Source of the DNA: Anaerovoracaceae bacterium
GTDB lineage: Bacteria > Bacteroidota > Bacteroidia > Bacteroidales > Bacteroidaceae
Assembly (NCBI GenBank): GCA_963617965.1
Contig: CAVEQO010000006.1
Span: 1,504-65,503, forward strand
Direction: 5' to 3'
Length of the DNA: 64,000 nucleotides
The notes below the pieces were generated by a model. It searched no databases and was not told where the DNA came from. It worked only from the letters and a program-made list of their open reading frames with translations. Shown piece by piece: positions 54,301 to 63,846 of the stretch; within the stretch, counting starts at the first letter, position 1; each line of letters starts with the position of its first letter. The position numbers and the translations under genes were made by a program.

Positions 54301-57182
54301 TTCCGTCTAATATAGCCTTGTTGCCGGTAAACACCGGTAAGGAGACCAATATGGCACGTCATTTTGACGGCGGTGGATTCTGTGTGCCGGAGGTTTTTGC
54401 GGACCCCCAGCCAAACGCAACGGTAGAATACTGGTTCAAGCCGGATGAACTGGCGGCTAACAGCAATCTCGTTGGACCTGGCTGGGGAAAATTTCTTATT
54501 TCATACGACCAGATGCAACGCGTCAGCGCAGGATTTGAAAACAACGCCGCCAGACGTATGCAGTCAAGTGCGGGTACCATTAAGCCGGGCGCATGGCATC
54601 ATGTGGCGGTAACGGTAGAAGGATCACGCCTTAACCTTTATGTGAACGGGGCGTGGAAACGTACCCTCAATGTTTCGGGCTACAGTGGAATGCCCTCCGT
54701 GACGGAATTTGTGTTCGGGTCCAACGGCGGTGCCATAAAAGGATGGATTGATGACGTGAGACTGTGGAAATCAGCACGTACTGCCGATCAGGTTGCTTCT
54801 GATATGGTCTCCGAAATAGTCAACCCTCAAGCGGAGCCCGACCTTTTGGCATACTACAAGATGGACGAGATAGTTGTCAACGGAACGGCCAAACTGCGTG
54901 ATTGTGCCGGAAATAACCATGCTCCTTATCTCAACAGTGCCGCCACGCTACTGTCGGTTGACACCACCATATTGCAAGGAGGACCCGCTGAGGTCGGGAC
55001 GGTGGATTTTGTGCTTTCCGACTCAGTGCCGCTTGCCGGGTCTGAGGTCTTTGCGGAGGCGCGGCTGAACGGCAACGTTGTGTCGTGGAAATGGCAAGAG
55101 CCGGCAACAGGGCTGTCAAAGGAGAACCTTTTGCGCACTTCAATGGTGTTTGCCAAGGCGGGCGAATACAGGATAAAGCTTACGGCTGTTGATGTTGCCG
55201 GCAATGTGGTTGACACCACACATACAGTCAAGGTGTTGCCGGTGGAGCTGCCTGTGGCGAACTTCGACATTTATCAGCCCGACCGTAAGGCCGGAGCTGC
55301 CGTCACGCTGGTCAACAAGTCTACGGGCACCAACGTTTCATACAAATGGCATCTGCCAGGATCGGAGGGCGAACAGGTGCAGGAATCCCTCAACGCTTCT
55401 GCCTTGTATGCAGCTGACGGCACATACAGGGCAACCCTCACAGTGACCAACCCTGCCGGTTCGGTTTCTGTCACAAAGGACATAGAGGTCAATTCGGGAA
55501 TCCGCAACATGACATTCAGCGTCTCCCCAAACGTGATATTGGCTGGCGAGACCGTCTCCCTGTGTGAAAAGAGCGGGGCAGACTCTGCTGCTCTTGTGTG
55601 GACTGTGGCAAACGATAAGAGCCGCACTATCATACAGGGCGGCTCCTCATTGTTCAAACCCTCCGGGGTGGGACGTTACAGCATACAGCTGGTTGACAGC
55701 GAGACGGGTTCGGTGTCGGCGGTGTCGGATGCCCTCTATGTATGCAGCGCGAAATCCATGACGGGCTTGTTTTTCCGCAATGAGGGGGAGAGTCTTACGG
55801 TGTCTGCTCCTTTTGACACCAACCAGGCTCGGTTCACCGTTGAATGGTGGATGAAACCGTCGGAGGCTCTCAATGCCGGAGCCATGGCTACAGGAAACGG
55901 GGTGTTCTCTGTCTCTACGGATGCTGCGGGGGTGATGACCGCCCGTGTCAAGAACAAGGAGGTTGTATCGCCGGCGGGTTTTGTGATTCCCAAAGAGTGG
56001 CATCACTATGCGGTGGTGTTGACCGGTTCTCATCTCTGCCTTATGCGTGACGGTGAGGCTGTGGCCGATGCGTATCCCGTGCTCAATACTCCTGCCTGGG
56101 ACAACCTCGTGATTGGCGGAGTACAGGCTTCCATGGCAGCCGTCATCGATGAATTCCGCATCTGGGGTACAGGCTTGAAAGGCGCATCGCTGGCCGCAGT
56201 GTGCAACAATCCTGTAGACGATGTACCGGCAGCGGAGAAAAACGCTCTGAAAGTGTACTACGACTTCAACGAGATAGCCACTGTGGCAACAGACCTTACA
56301 AGCAACGGCAACAACGGTGTCATGGCGGGGTTCAGAAGTATTGCAGGACTCAATTTCGTCAAGTCTGACGGGGTGTTCAGTCTCGGCATAAACACGCCGT
56401 CATCCATTCCGGCAGACGAGGACATCACCGCATCTTGTCTTACCAACGTCAAGGCGGCGTTCACCCATACCGGCACCGATGTCAACACTGTCCACGCATC
56501 ACGGTTCTACGCTCTTGAAACGGGCTCCGCCGGTTCTGCATGGCAGGGGTGCGTTGCATCGGCGGACGGCAAAGGTGGTGTCGCCGTTGACACTCAGAAC
56601 GGCGGACAACTCACGTTCATGACCTCATGGTCGGGATTTTCGCAGGATGGGGTGGACAAGACGCTTTTCCAGGCCGTCACGCTGCCCGCGGGCATCTACA
56701 GGTTCAGTGCCTTGAGTTCTACGGCTGACAATACCGAAGACTGTCTGCTTGTGGCAACGGCTGGTGACAGGCTCGCTACCGTCGGGGAAGTTTCTTCCAC
56801 GCTGGCTTTCGCTCCGCTCAATGCGGGGAGCATAGAGTTCACCCTGCCCGGTGAGACCGAAGTGTCACTCGGAGTGCTCTACAATCTGCCGGCCTACAGT
56901 TCGTCTGTCATCTCGGAGTTCACCCTGTCAAGGTTGGGGTGCGAAATCATCCCTGCCGACAGTGGGGAACCGACAGCCGTTGACAAGGTCTCGTCATCAG
57001 ACAAGAACGTTCGGGTGCAGGTTCGCAAGGGCGGAGTAAACCTCAGTGGACAGGACGAAGAGGTCAGAGTCTATACACTTGACGGGCATCTGGTGCAATC
57101 GTTCGTGATAAACGGCAAAGCAACCATTTCTTTGCCGCAGGGCATATATGTGGTAAACGGCAACAAGGTCTGCATAAGATAA
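51393..57182 (+). CDS. secreted multidomain glycoside hydrolase family 2 protein with LamG, PKD and T9SS C-terminal sorting domains
   Basis: 1929 aa with a signal peptide and a GH2 sugar-binding N-domain (WQNLNGLWDF, VDWRCEVQVNG). The TIM barrel has a putative acid/base in VVFNEAGG (Glu codon 52719..52721) and a putative nucleophile in NGEYGG (Glu codon 52908..52910). A jelly-roll CBM-like domain follows. From about 53675 there are LamG (IDDVRLW), PKD repeats, LamG (IDEFRIW), one extra module and the T9SS CTD VRVYTLDGHLV ... GIYVVNGNKVCIR. Confidence 0.85.
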   Translation: MKRLNVIAIAQIAVAALLCCPVSVKADWKMGKVPVKTRFADDVSPTNALPEYPRPQMVRDDWQNLNGLWDFISLPSYDESVPESGWQQILVPFCVESALSGIGTYYESMAYRRTFTVPSAWKGKRVLLNFEAVDWRCEVQVNGEVVGTHDGGYDPFSFDITDKIVEGQQNTVALKVFDPTDRWAVPRGKQVRKTGGIFYTSCSGIWQTVWLEAVNQSYIRNFRITPDIDNQTLTVRAEAAGATDNVSKIKAAAYHGAVKVAEAEGQPDEDMVLSIPDPDLWSPDHPYLYDLKLELVDKDGNVDEVKSYFGMRKIHIEKDKDGFYRMMLNNNFVFQSGPLDQGYWPESNLTPPTDEAIRNDLVQIKKFGFNMVRKHIKVEPRRWYYWTDRLGLLVWQDMPSMNYGGTRDEGVTNDAGIFTPELKAMVNKLYNVPSVVNWVVFNEAGGQHDTKTYVDLVRSMDSTRLIDEASGWTFYGYGDVKDTHPYPAPSPVTPTSGKAQALANGEYGGVRYVVDGHLWSGSGWGYASVGSASEYDSTVCKYFSKLAYYKTCKGMSAAVYTQLTDVEIEVNGLMTYDRLVKSDQSRICKANRDLIERDGVEEEYVLPVASQKPQTWRYTLADPGDGWYGESFNDSKWLSGTSGFGANGLANMTYGTHWSSSDIWLRKTVDLSLGEEELKALRMVIYNDEDVEVYVNGVLAYSATGYLSDYKTVDFSTAAREAINPEGPNLFAIHVKQTAGGQYIDLGLTLDKETKELPVNRVVQINMDYTKSSEISFSLGYSLDPDAAVPDKTQRFTRLTFADGEPNYIGLNDGALLMPKTVQLNITDLTADVPEGVAVKYFVSVNPQVGGEGEGTVHSCTVVDYTGQSGVVQTPMTMQPVRVSHETGPVVLSASAGSEAFNAPRNACFDSRGNLCWDAPLQTTAALRSYRVLKDGKCIVTVPSGSRSCAVDDMTGEYSVEAVYANGVSVPSNIALLPVNTGKETNMARHFDGGGFCVPEVFADPQPNATVEYWFKPDELAANSNLVGPGWGKFLISYDQMQRVSAGFENNAARRMQSSAGTIKPGAWHHVAVTVEGSRLNLYVNGAWKRTLNVSGYSGMPSVTEFVFGSNGGAIKGWIDDVRLWKSARTADQVASDMVSEIVNPQAEPDLLAYYKMDEIVVNGTAKLRDCAGNNHAPYLNSAATLLSVDTTILQGGPAEVGTVDFVLSDSVPLAGSEVFAEARLNGNVVSWKWQEPATGLSKENLLRTSMVFAKAGEYRIKLTAVDVAGNVVDTTHTVKVLPVELPVANFDIYQPDRKAGAAVTLVNKSTGTNVSYKWHLPGSEGEQVQESLNASALYAADGTYRATLTVTNPAGSVSVTKDIEVNSGIRNMTFSVSPNVILAGETVSLCEKSGADSAALVWTVANDKSRTIIQGGSSLFKPSGVGRYSIQLVDSETGSVSAVSDALYVCSAKSMTGLFFRNEGESLTVSAPFDTNQARFTVEWWMKPSEALNAGAMATGNGVFSVSTDAAGVMTARVKNKEVVSPAGFVIPKEWHHYAVVLTGSHLCLMRDGEAVADAYPVLNTPAWDNLVIGGVQASMAAVIDEFRIWGTGLKGASLAAVCNNPVDDVPAAEKNALKVYYDFNEIATVATDLTSNGNNGVMAGFRSIAGLNFVKSDGVFSLGINTPSSIPADEDITASCLTNVKAAFTHTGTDVNTVHASRFYALETGSAGSAWQGCVASADGKGGVAVDTQNGGQLTFMTSWSGFSQDGVDKTLFQAVTLPAGIYRFSALSSTADNTEDCLLVATAGDRLATVGEVSSTLAFAPLNAGSIEFTLPGETEVSLGVLYNLPAYSSSVISEFTLSRLGCEIIPADSGEPTAVDKVSSSDKNVRVQVRKGGVNLSGQDEEVRVYTLDGHLVQSFVINGKATISLPQGIYVVNGNKVCIR

Positions 57183-57245
57183 CAAACGCACTACTGGCCG
57201 AAAGCAAGAATCTATGGCTTTTGTCACGCCCTTGTCTCTCGTTCC

Positions 57246-57283
57246 CAAAGAACGGCGCAGTTGAATGGCTGCGCCGTTCTTTG
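57246..57283 (+). terminator. terminator hairpin after the GH2 gene
   Basis: Perfect 15-bp stem CAAAGAACGGCGCAG / CTGCGCCGTTCTTTG with an 8-nt loop, followed by TTGT. Confidence 0.7.
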
Positions 57284-57419
57284 TTGTACACGGGTTTGCC
57301 GCATCGGTCTCCTCTTTGGAACTCAAGACGGCAAACAGTCGGACTGACGGGTCAAGCCTTGTGGTCATTTTCGGGGGTGTTTTTTGTGTTTTGGTGTATT
57401 CAATCCGGCACGGACTTAG

Positions 57420-57427
57420 TAACTTTG
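57420..57427 (+). promoter_or_regulatory. -7 box (TAACTTTG) for the aminopeptidase P gene
   Basis: Matches TAnnTTTG, 33 nt upstream of the ATG at 57461. Confidence 0.45.
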
Positions 57428-57460
57428 CCGTAAGTGTAACCTGAAAAACAACACAGAGAT

Positions 57461-59281
57461 ATGAAACAGGATATCGTAGACCGTGTGGAAACACTGCGCC
57501 AATGGATGAAGGAAAAGAAGCTGGAGGCCTACGTCTTTACGTCAACCGATCCTCATGCGGGCGAATACACTCCAGGCCATTGGCAGTGCCGTCAGTGGAT
57601 AAGCGGGTTTGAGGGCAGTGCCGGCACGGCGGTGGTCACACTTGGCGATGCCGCACTATGGACAGATTCGCGCTATTTCATTGCCGCTGCCGAAGTTCTG
57701 AAGGATACTCCTTTCCGGCTGATGAAAGAGGGTCTGCAGGGGACTCCGTCCATTGCCCGATGGCTTGCGGAAAAACTGAAGCCGGAAGACAGCGTGGGCA
57801 TTGACGGCAAGTTGGTGACCTACAGGGCGGCGATTGGCCTGCAGGACGAATTGTCTGAACACGGCATAGGGCTCGTGGCAAACCACAGTGCCGCCGATGA
57901 CCTGTGGAGAGGAAACCGTCCGCCCCTGCCGTGCGCACCCATCAGGATTCAACCATTTGAGTGGGCCGGCGAAACAGTCGGCAGCAAGATAAGCAGACTC
58001 ATGGATGCCGTAGAAAACAGGGGATGTGCCGCCATCCTTGTCAGCCAGCTTGACGAGGTGGCGTGGTTGCTCAACCTGCGTGGCGGCGATGTCCAATGCA
58101 ACCCCGTGTTCGTGGCCTACTGCATTGTCAGCCGCAAGGAGACGGCTCTATATTGCGACTCCGAAAAGATAAGCGGCGAGGTCATGGCGTACCTTGCCGA
58201 AAACAAGGTCGGTGTCTATCCCTATGACATGGCGGAAACAGCTTTGGCGAGGGCAGAGGGATCGGTCATGCTCTCGCCGCTCACCAACGTCGCTATGGCT
58301 TCTTTGCGTGTCAATGGACTTGCGTCACTGTGTTCCGGTGATCTGCATGACGCTACCGTGATTGCCGATTCGCCTGTTGCTGCGATGAAAGCCATTAAGA
58401 ATACTGCCGAGACAAAAGGAATGAAGCAGGCTATGTTGCAGGACGGAGTAGCCCTCGTTAGATGGTTGAGGTGGCTGCAGGAGGCTGTGCCGCAAGGCAA
58501 TGAAACAGAAATGTCCGTTGACAGCAAATTGACAGAGCTGCGCAAGGCCAACGCTGATTTCGAGGGGCTGAGTTTCGGCACCATTGCCGGCTATAATGCT
58601 CATGGTGCCATCGTGCACTACGAGGCGACTGCGGACACCGACACCCCGTTAAAACCGGAAGGCATCCTGCTGGTCGATACGGGGGCGCAGTATGTTTGCG
58701 GTACTACCGACATTACGCGAACGCTGCTGTTGGGCGGCGATGCTACACCGGAACAGAAAAAGGTGTACACGCTTGTACTCAAGGGACATATCGCTTTGAG
58801 CCGCATGAAATTCCCGCGCGGTGCGTGCGGCACACAACTTGACCTCGCCGCACGCTACGCAATGTGGCAGGAGGGCTACAACTTCGGCCACGGCACAGGC
58901 CACGGCGTGGGCGCACACCTCAATGTCCACGAGGGACCGCACCAGATACGCATGAACTACATGCCGGCTCCGATAGTGGAGGGCATGACGGTGACCGACG
59001 AGCCGGGACTGTATCTGGAGGGACGCTTCGGTGTGCGCATTGAAAACGTGCTGCTCTGCGTGCCGTGTATGGAGACGGAGTTCGGTCGGTTCGTGGGCTT
59101 TGAACCGCTTACGCTGTGCCCGATAGACACGAAATTGGTTGACATGCAGATGATGACCACCACCGAAATAGAATGGCTCAACAACTACCACAGGACGGTG
59201 CTTGACTCCTTGCGCCCATATCTTGACGACATGGCAGACCGCACATGGCTGGAAAAGGCGTGCGCCCCGTTGCCTGCCTGA
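57461..59281 (+). CDS. Xaa-Pro aminopeptidase (M24B, aminopeptidase P family)
   Basis: 606 aa with two creatinase-like N-domains and a C-terminal pita-bread fold. Metal-ligand motifs are DITRT, GHGTGHGVG, HEGP and EPG. Confidence 0.85.
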   Translation: MKQDIVDRVETLRQWMKEKKLEAYVFTSTDPHAGEYTPGHWQCRQWISGFEGSAGTAVVTLGDAALWTDSRYFIAAAEVLKDTPFRLMKEGLQGTPSIARWLAEKLKPEDSVGIDGKLVTYRAAIGLQDELSEHGIGLVANHSAADDLWRGNRPPLPCAPIRIQPFEWAGETVGSKISRLMDAVENRGCAAILVSQLDEVAWLLNLRGGDVQCNPVFVAYCIVSRKETALYCDSEKISGEVMAYLAENKVGVYPYDMAETALARAEGSVMLSPLTNVAMASLRVNGLASLCSGDLHDATVIADSPVAAMKAIKNTAETKGMKQAMLQDGVALVRWLRWLQEAVPQGNETEMSVDSKLTELRKANADFEGLSFGTIAGYNAHGAIVHYEATADTDTPLKPEGILLVDTGAQYVCGTTDITRTLLLGGDATPEQKKVYTLVLKGHIALSRMKFPRGACGTQLDLAARYAMWQEGYNFGHGTGHGVGAHLNVHEGPHQIRMNYMPAPIVEGMTVTDEPGLYLEGRFGVRIENVLLCVPCMETEFGRFVGFEPLTLCPIDTKLVDMQMMTTTEIEWLNNYHRTVLDSLRPYLDDMADRTWLEKACAPLPA

Positions 59282-59330
59282 CAGTAATTCATAAAAAACG
59301 AAACATACATATAATAAACGCAACAGAAAA

Positions 59331-59882
59331 ATGGCTCTTATAAAGACAATACAGGGCAAGACCCCGAAATTCGGCAAGAACTGCTACCTCTCCGAAAACG
59401 CCACGGTAATAGGCGAAGTGGAGATGGGCGACAACTGCAGCATCTGGTTCAATGCCGTGGTGCGTGGCGACGTGAACTACATAAGGATCGGCAACCGTGT
59501 CAATGTGCAGGACGGCTCGTGCCTGCACACGCTCTACAAGAAAGCTGCCATAGAAATAGGCGACGATGTCACCATAGGGCATAACGTTACGGTACACGGA
59601 GCCAAGATTGGCCACGGAGCGCTGATAGGTATGGGTGCCACGCTGCTTGACGACTGCTCTATCGGCGAGGGTGCCATCATAGCCGCAGGTGCGTTGGTGC
59701 TTAAAAACACCCGTGTGGGCGCAGGAGAACTGTGGGGCGGAGTGCCTGCCAAGTTCATAAAGAAAGTTGATCCCGACCAGGCGCGGGAACTCAACACGGG
59801 CATTGCGGCACACTACCTGATGTACACGAAATGGTTTACTGACGAGAACCCGGAAACCTTGGTCAACCCTACTGGAGAATAG
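59331..59882 (+). CDS. gamma-class carbonic anhydrase-like hexapeptide-repeat protein
   Basis: 183 aa with left-handed beta-helix hexapeptide repeats (IGDNCSIWFNAVVRGD, IGHNVTVHG). Confidence 0.8.
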   Translation: MALIKTIQGKTPKFGKNCYLSENATVIGEVEMGDNCSIWFNAVVRGDVNYIRIGNRVNVQDGSCLHTLYKKAAIEIGDDVTIGHNVTVHGAKIGHGALIGMGATLLDDCSIGEGAIIAAGALVLKNTRVGAGELWGGVPAKFIKKVDPDQARELNTGIAAHYLMYTKWFTDENPETLVNPTGE

Positions 59883-59887
59883 CCCCC

Positions 59888-62365
59888 ATGGCTTATGTGT
59901 CGGTGATATTGCCTGTTCCCGTAAAGGGTGTGTTTACCTATGCGCTGCCCGAAGAGACCGGCTGCAATGTTGCGCCCGGCTGTAGGGTTGTTGTGCCGTT
60001 CGGCACGGACAAGCTCTACACGGGCATTGTCACAACGGTGGAAAACAAGCCGCCGGAGGGAGACTTCAAGATAAGGCAGGTGACCGAAGTCCTCGACTCC
60101 GCTCCCGTGGTGGGGCAGCGGGAACTGCGGCTGTGGAGGTGGATGGCTGACTATTATATGTGCTCCTTGGGCGATGTGATGAATGCCGCCTTGCCCGGCG
60201 GTATGAAACTTGCCAGCGAGACGATGGTACGGCTGGCGGACAGTTTTATGGATTTCGGCAGTCTCTCCAAATCGGAAACGGTGATAGTGGATTTTCTTCG
60301 CGACGGCAAGCGCACGGCCATAGCCCGGCTGCATAAATCGCTGCCGCAGAGCGGTCTGATGCGAAGCATACGCTCTCTTATGGACAAGGGTGCGCTGGAG
60401 GTCAGCGAGAAACTGACGGAGACATACAGACCCAAAAAGGAGGTACACGTGAGGCTCTGCTCCGGGTTCATGGACGAAAAGGCTCTTGACGGGCTGTTCA
60501 GGTCACTCGCCGGAATGCCGCGCCGCCATGCCGTCATCGCCAAATTGGTGGAGTTGGCCGGAGTGACGGCCGCGCTGAAGCTGAAAAATCCCAAACTGCT
60601 CCGTGAGGTGAGTAGGGCGGAACTGCTCAAGGAGGCGGGCGTAGCTCCCTCTGCACTGCTGGGACTCAAGGCCAAGGGTGTTGTTGAAACGTATGACTTC
60701 GAGGTGAACCGCCTGCGTGCGTTTACGGGCAGCGTGAACGACAGCATCACGCTTTCGCCGGCGCAGCAGGAGGCTTACGACGGCATTTGCAGGGCGTTTT
60801 CGGACAAGGACGTGTGTCTGCTCCACGGGGTGACGTCAAGCGGCAAGACTGAAATCTACATACAGCTCATGAAACAGTGTCTCGCCCGGGGCAAACGGGT
60901 ACTCTATATGCTGCCCGAGATTGCGCTTACCACCCAGATCACCAAACGCCTGCAACGGGTGTTCGGCGACAGGTTGGGGGTCTGCCATTCCAAAATCCCC
61001 GATGCGGAGAGGGTGGAGATATGGCGGAGGCAACATGGCGAAAAACCGTTCGGCATTATTCTGGGGGCGCGTTCGTCGCTCTTCCTGCCACAGAGAGACC
61101 TTGGTCTGGTTATCGTGGACGAGGAACACGAGACGAGCTACAAGCAGCAGGAGCCGGCACCGCGCTACAACGGCAGGGATACGGCAATACTTCTGGCAAG
61201 TCTGCACGGGGCCAAGGTGCTGCTTGGCTCCGCCACCCCCTCGGTAGAGAGCTTTTTCAATGCAGCACGGGGCAAGTACGGCTATGTGCGCCTCGACAAA
61301 CGCTTTGGCGACATGATGTTGCCTCAGGTAAAGGTCGCCGACGTGAAGGATCTCATGAAGCGAAAGATGATGAAACCGCCGTTCTCGCCGTTGCTTGAGG
61401 AGGAAATGCGCAAGGCTCTGGAGGTGGGCGAACAGGTCATATTGTTTCAGAACAGGCGCGGTTATGCGCCGGTGCTGGAGTGTGCCGGCTGTGGTTGGGT
61501 GCCCACATGCCAGTACTGCGACGTGAGTCTTACCTATCATCGCAACGACAACAGGCTGCACTGCCATTACTGCGGCAATACATTCAGTGTGCCGGATAAA
61601 TGTCCGGCATGCGGGGGGCAGGATCTTCACGCCCACGGATTCGGCACGGAGAAGATAGAGGAGGAGGTGCATCGCCGTTTTCCTGATGCGCGCACCGTGC
61701 GTATGGATCTTGACACCACGCGCTCGCGCAATGCCTACGAACGCATTATAGGCGATTTCGCCGCAGGACGTACAGACATTCTGATCGGTACGCAGATGGT
61801 AAGCAAGGGACTGGATTTCGACAACGTCCGCGTGGTGGGTATCCTTGATGCCGATGCCATGCTCTCCGTGCCCGACTTCCGTAGCTACGAGAGGGCTTTC
61901 CAGATGATGAGCCAGGTGGCGGGGCGTGCCGGGCGCAGGGCCAAGAGGGGAATGGTGGTGCTGCAGACCAGACACGCAGACTATCCGATAGTGCAACAGG
62001 TGGTAGACGATGACTACCGGGCTATGTATCGGGAGCAGCTTGCGGAACGCAAGCAGTTCTATTACCCGCCTTTCTTCCGCCTCATATATATATGGTTCAG
62101 ACACCGTGACGAGGCTGTGGTCAACGGGGCTGCCGCCTTTGCGGCGCAGTTGCTGCTCGAAGCTTTCGGAGGAGGGGTTCTGGGGCCCGATAAACCGCCG
62201 GTGGCGAAGATTCATATGCTCCACTTGCGCAAGGCCGCACTGAAAGTGTCTCTGTCAATGCCCGTGGCGGAGGTGAGGGCCAAACTCTGCGCTATGGCAG
62301 ACCGAATGGCTTCGGAACGCCGCTACCGCTCCGTGACGGTATTCTTTGATGTCGATCCGCTGTAG
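59888..62365 (+). CDS. priA: primosomal replication-restart helicase PriA
   Basis: 825 aa with Walker A GVTSSGKT, the DEEH box and the Cys-rich zinc insertion CAGCGW ... CQYC ... CHYCG ... CPACG. Confidence 0.9.
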   Translation: MAYVSVILPVPVKGVFTYALPEETGCNVAPGCRVVVPFGTDKLYTGIVTTVENKPPEGDFKIRQVTEVLDSAPVVGQRELRLWRWMADYYMCSLGDVMNAALPGGMKLASETMVRLADSFMDFGSLSKSETVIVDFLRDGKRTAIARLHKSLPQSGLMRSIRSLMDKGALEVSEKLTETYRPKKEVHVRLCSGFMDEKALDGLFRSLAGMPRRHAVIAKLVELAGVTAALKLKNPKLLREVSRAELLKEAGVAPSALLGLKAKGVVETYDFEVNRLRAFTGSVNDSITLSPAQQEAYDGICRAFSDKDVCLLHGVTSSGKTEIYIQLMKQCLARGKRVLYMLPEIALTTQITKRLQRVFGDRLGVCHSKIPDAERVEIWRRQHGEKPFGIILGARSSLFLPQRDLGLVIVDEEHETSYKQQEPAPRYNGRDTAILLASLHGAKVLLGSATPSVESFFNAARGKYGYVRLDKRFGDMMLPQVKVADVKDLMKRKMMKPPFSPLLEEEMRKALEVGEQVILFQNRRGYAPVLECAGCGWVPTCQYCDVSLTYHRNDNRLHCHYCGNTFSVPDKCPACGGQDLHAHGFGTEKIEEEVHRRFPDARTVRMDLDTTRSRNAYERIIGDFAAGRTDILIGTQMVSKGLDFDNVRVVGILDADAMLSVPDFRSYERAFQMMSQVAGRAGRRAKRGMVVLQTRHADYPIVQQVVDDDYRAMYREQLAERKQFYYPPFFRLIYIWFRHRDEAVVNGAAAFAAQLLLEAFGGGVLGPDKPPVAKIHMLHLRKAALKVSLSMPVAEVRAKLCAMADRMASERRYRSVTVFFDVDPL

Positions 62366-62384
62366 TGTCCGGCAGGATGACACA

Positions 62385-62642
62385 CTACGGTACTGGGTCA
62401 TATCCGCTGCCGCCCCACGGGTGGCAGCGCAGCAAACGCCTTGCTGCGAGCCAAAGGCCCTTGGCTGGACCGTGTTTGCGCAGGGCTTCTATGGCATACT
62501 GCGAACACGTGGGCGTGAAGCGGCACGATGGCGGTGTGAGGGGCGAGATGAAACGCTGGTAGAAACGTATGGGAGCAATCAGCAGCCATACGGTCAGTTC
62601 CGCAACCTTGCGGACGGCGGTCTTTGTTGAGAACACTTTCAT
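62385..62642 (-). CDS. yidD: membrane protein insertion efficiency factor YidD
   Basis: The ATG at 62642 overlaps the rnpA stop (ATGA). The signature is [27 protein letters not shown]. Confidence 0.9.
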   Translation of the reverse strand: MKVFSTKTAVRKVAELTVWLLIAPIRFYQRFISPLTPPSCRFTPTCSQYAIEALRKHGPAKGLWLAARRLLRCHPWGGSGYDPVP

Positions 62643-63061
62643 GGCCGGGGCTTTGAACGGGCGGCGAAATCCTTCTCCAGAATAGACAGGATTCGGCCAA
62701 CCGACGTGTGTACCGCAGCTGAGGGCTGGGGCTTGTCGCCGAGCCACACGAAAGCTACAAGAAGTCCCGTGCGTCCTTTGCCGGCAGTCGACACGGTGTC
62801 GGTCAGCTTGTTGTGCTGCAGTCGGTATGCTTCGCGGAGTTGTCGTTTGGCCCTGTTGCGGTCCACGGCGTGGTGCAGTCGTTTTTTTGCTACAGACATG
62901 AGCACTTTCACAGGCGGCGTATGCCCGTCCTGCGGCAGGGGGTATATGCGGTATACGGCCATGACGGGAAAGGCTGTCGCCGAGCGGCTTTTGCCGCGCT
63001 CGAAGATGCTCTCTATCTCTTTCAGCGAGGTGATGCGCTCCTTTTTTCTGAAAGTAAACAT
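62639..63061 (-). CDS. rnpA: ribonuclease P protein component
   Basis: 140 aa, basic, with the RNR-type motif [21 protein letters not shown]. It lies immediately upstream of yidD. Confidence 0.85.
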   Translation of the reverse strand: MFTFRKKERITSLKEIESIFERGKSRSATAFPVMAVYRIYPLPQDGHTPPVKVLMSVAKKRLHHAVDRNRAKRQLREAYRLQHNKLTDTVSTAGKGRTGLLVAFVWLGDKPQPSAAVHTSVGRILSILEKDFAARSKPRP

Positions 63062-63099
63062 TACGGGATTGTCATGCGGACGGCCAGTCCGGCGTGTTG

Positions 63100-63846
63100 T
63101 CAGGCTTTCTGCGCCTTGAGGTACTCCTCTATGGTGCTTGCCATGGATTGCCCTTGCCCTTGCGCTACCTTTATGTCAACGCGGAAACCGAGTTCCTCGA
63201 GCTTGCGGGCCGTGCCGTCGCCGAAACAGGCGAACACGGTGTCGCCCTGTTCATAGCCGGGATAGTTGTCGACAAGCGACTTGGCTCCGCTCGGAGTGAA
63301 GAATACGATCATGTCGTAGTCAAACGGCTGGCTCTTGTCAAGGGTGGCACTCACGGTGCGGTACATCACGCAGTCGGTGTGGTCAAGCCCCTTGCTGTCG
63401 AGCAGGGTGGAGAGATCCTTGCGGTGCACGTCGCTCTGCGGAATGAAGAATTTTTCTTTCTTGTGCTTGAGCATGACTTCGATAAGGTCGGAGAGAAGCC
63501 CTGACTTGCCGAAGAAGATCTTGCGCTTGCGGTACTGTATGTACTGCTGCACATACAGCGACACCTGCTGGGAGATGAAGAAATACTTCATGTCTTCGGG
63601 CAGCGTGATGCGCATGTCCTTGCACAGGTTGAAAAAATGGTTTATGGCGTGTTTGGAGTTGAATACAACGGCGGTGTGGCTGAGGATGTCGACCTTCTGT
63701 GCCCGTATCTCTTTCGGTGAAAGCCTTTCCACTGCGATAAGCGAACGGAAATCCACTTGGACGCCGTACTTCTGTTCAAGATCCTGAAAAGGGGACTTGG
63801 TGGACAGTGAGGGCTTGGGCTGCGATACAAGGATTTTCTTGACCAT
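63100..63846 (-). CDS. hemD: uroporphyrinogen-III synthase family protein
   Basis: 248 aa. HemD-like two-lobe repeat organisation recognised by eye (ILVSQPKP ... VVFNSKHA ... IVFFTPSGAKS). Confidence 0.65.
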   Translation of the reverse strand: MVKKILVSQPKPSLSTKSPFQDLEQKYGVQVDFRSLIAVERLSPKEIRAQKVDILSHTAVVFNSKHAINHFFNLCKDMRITLPEDMKYFFISQQVSLYVQQYIQYRKRKIFFGKSGLLSDLIEVMLKHKKEKFFIPQSDVHRKDLSTLLDSKGLDHTDCVMYRTVSATLDKSQPFDYDMIVFFTPSGAKSLVDNYPGYEQGDTVFACFGDGTARKLEELGFRVDIKVAQGQGQSMASTIEEYLKAQKA

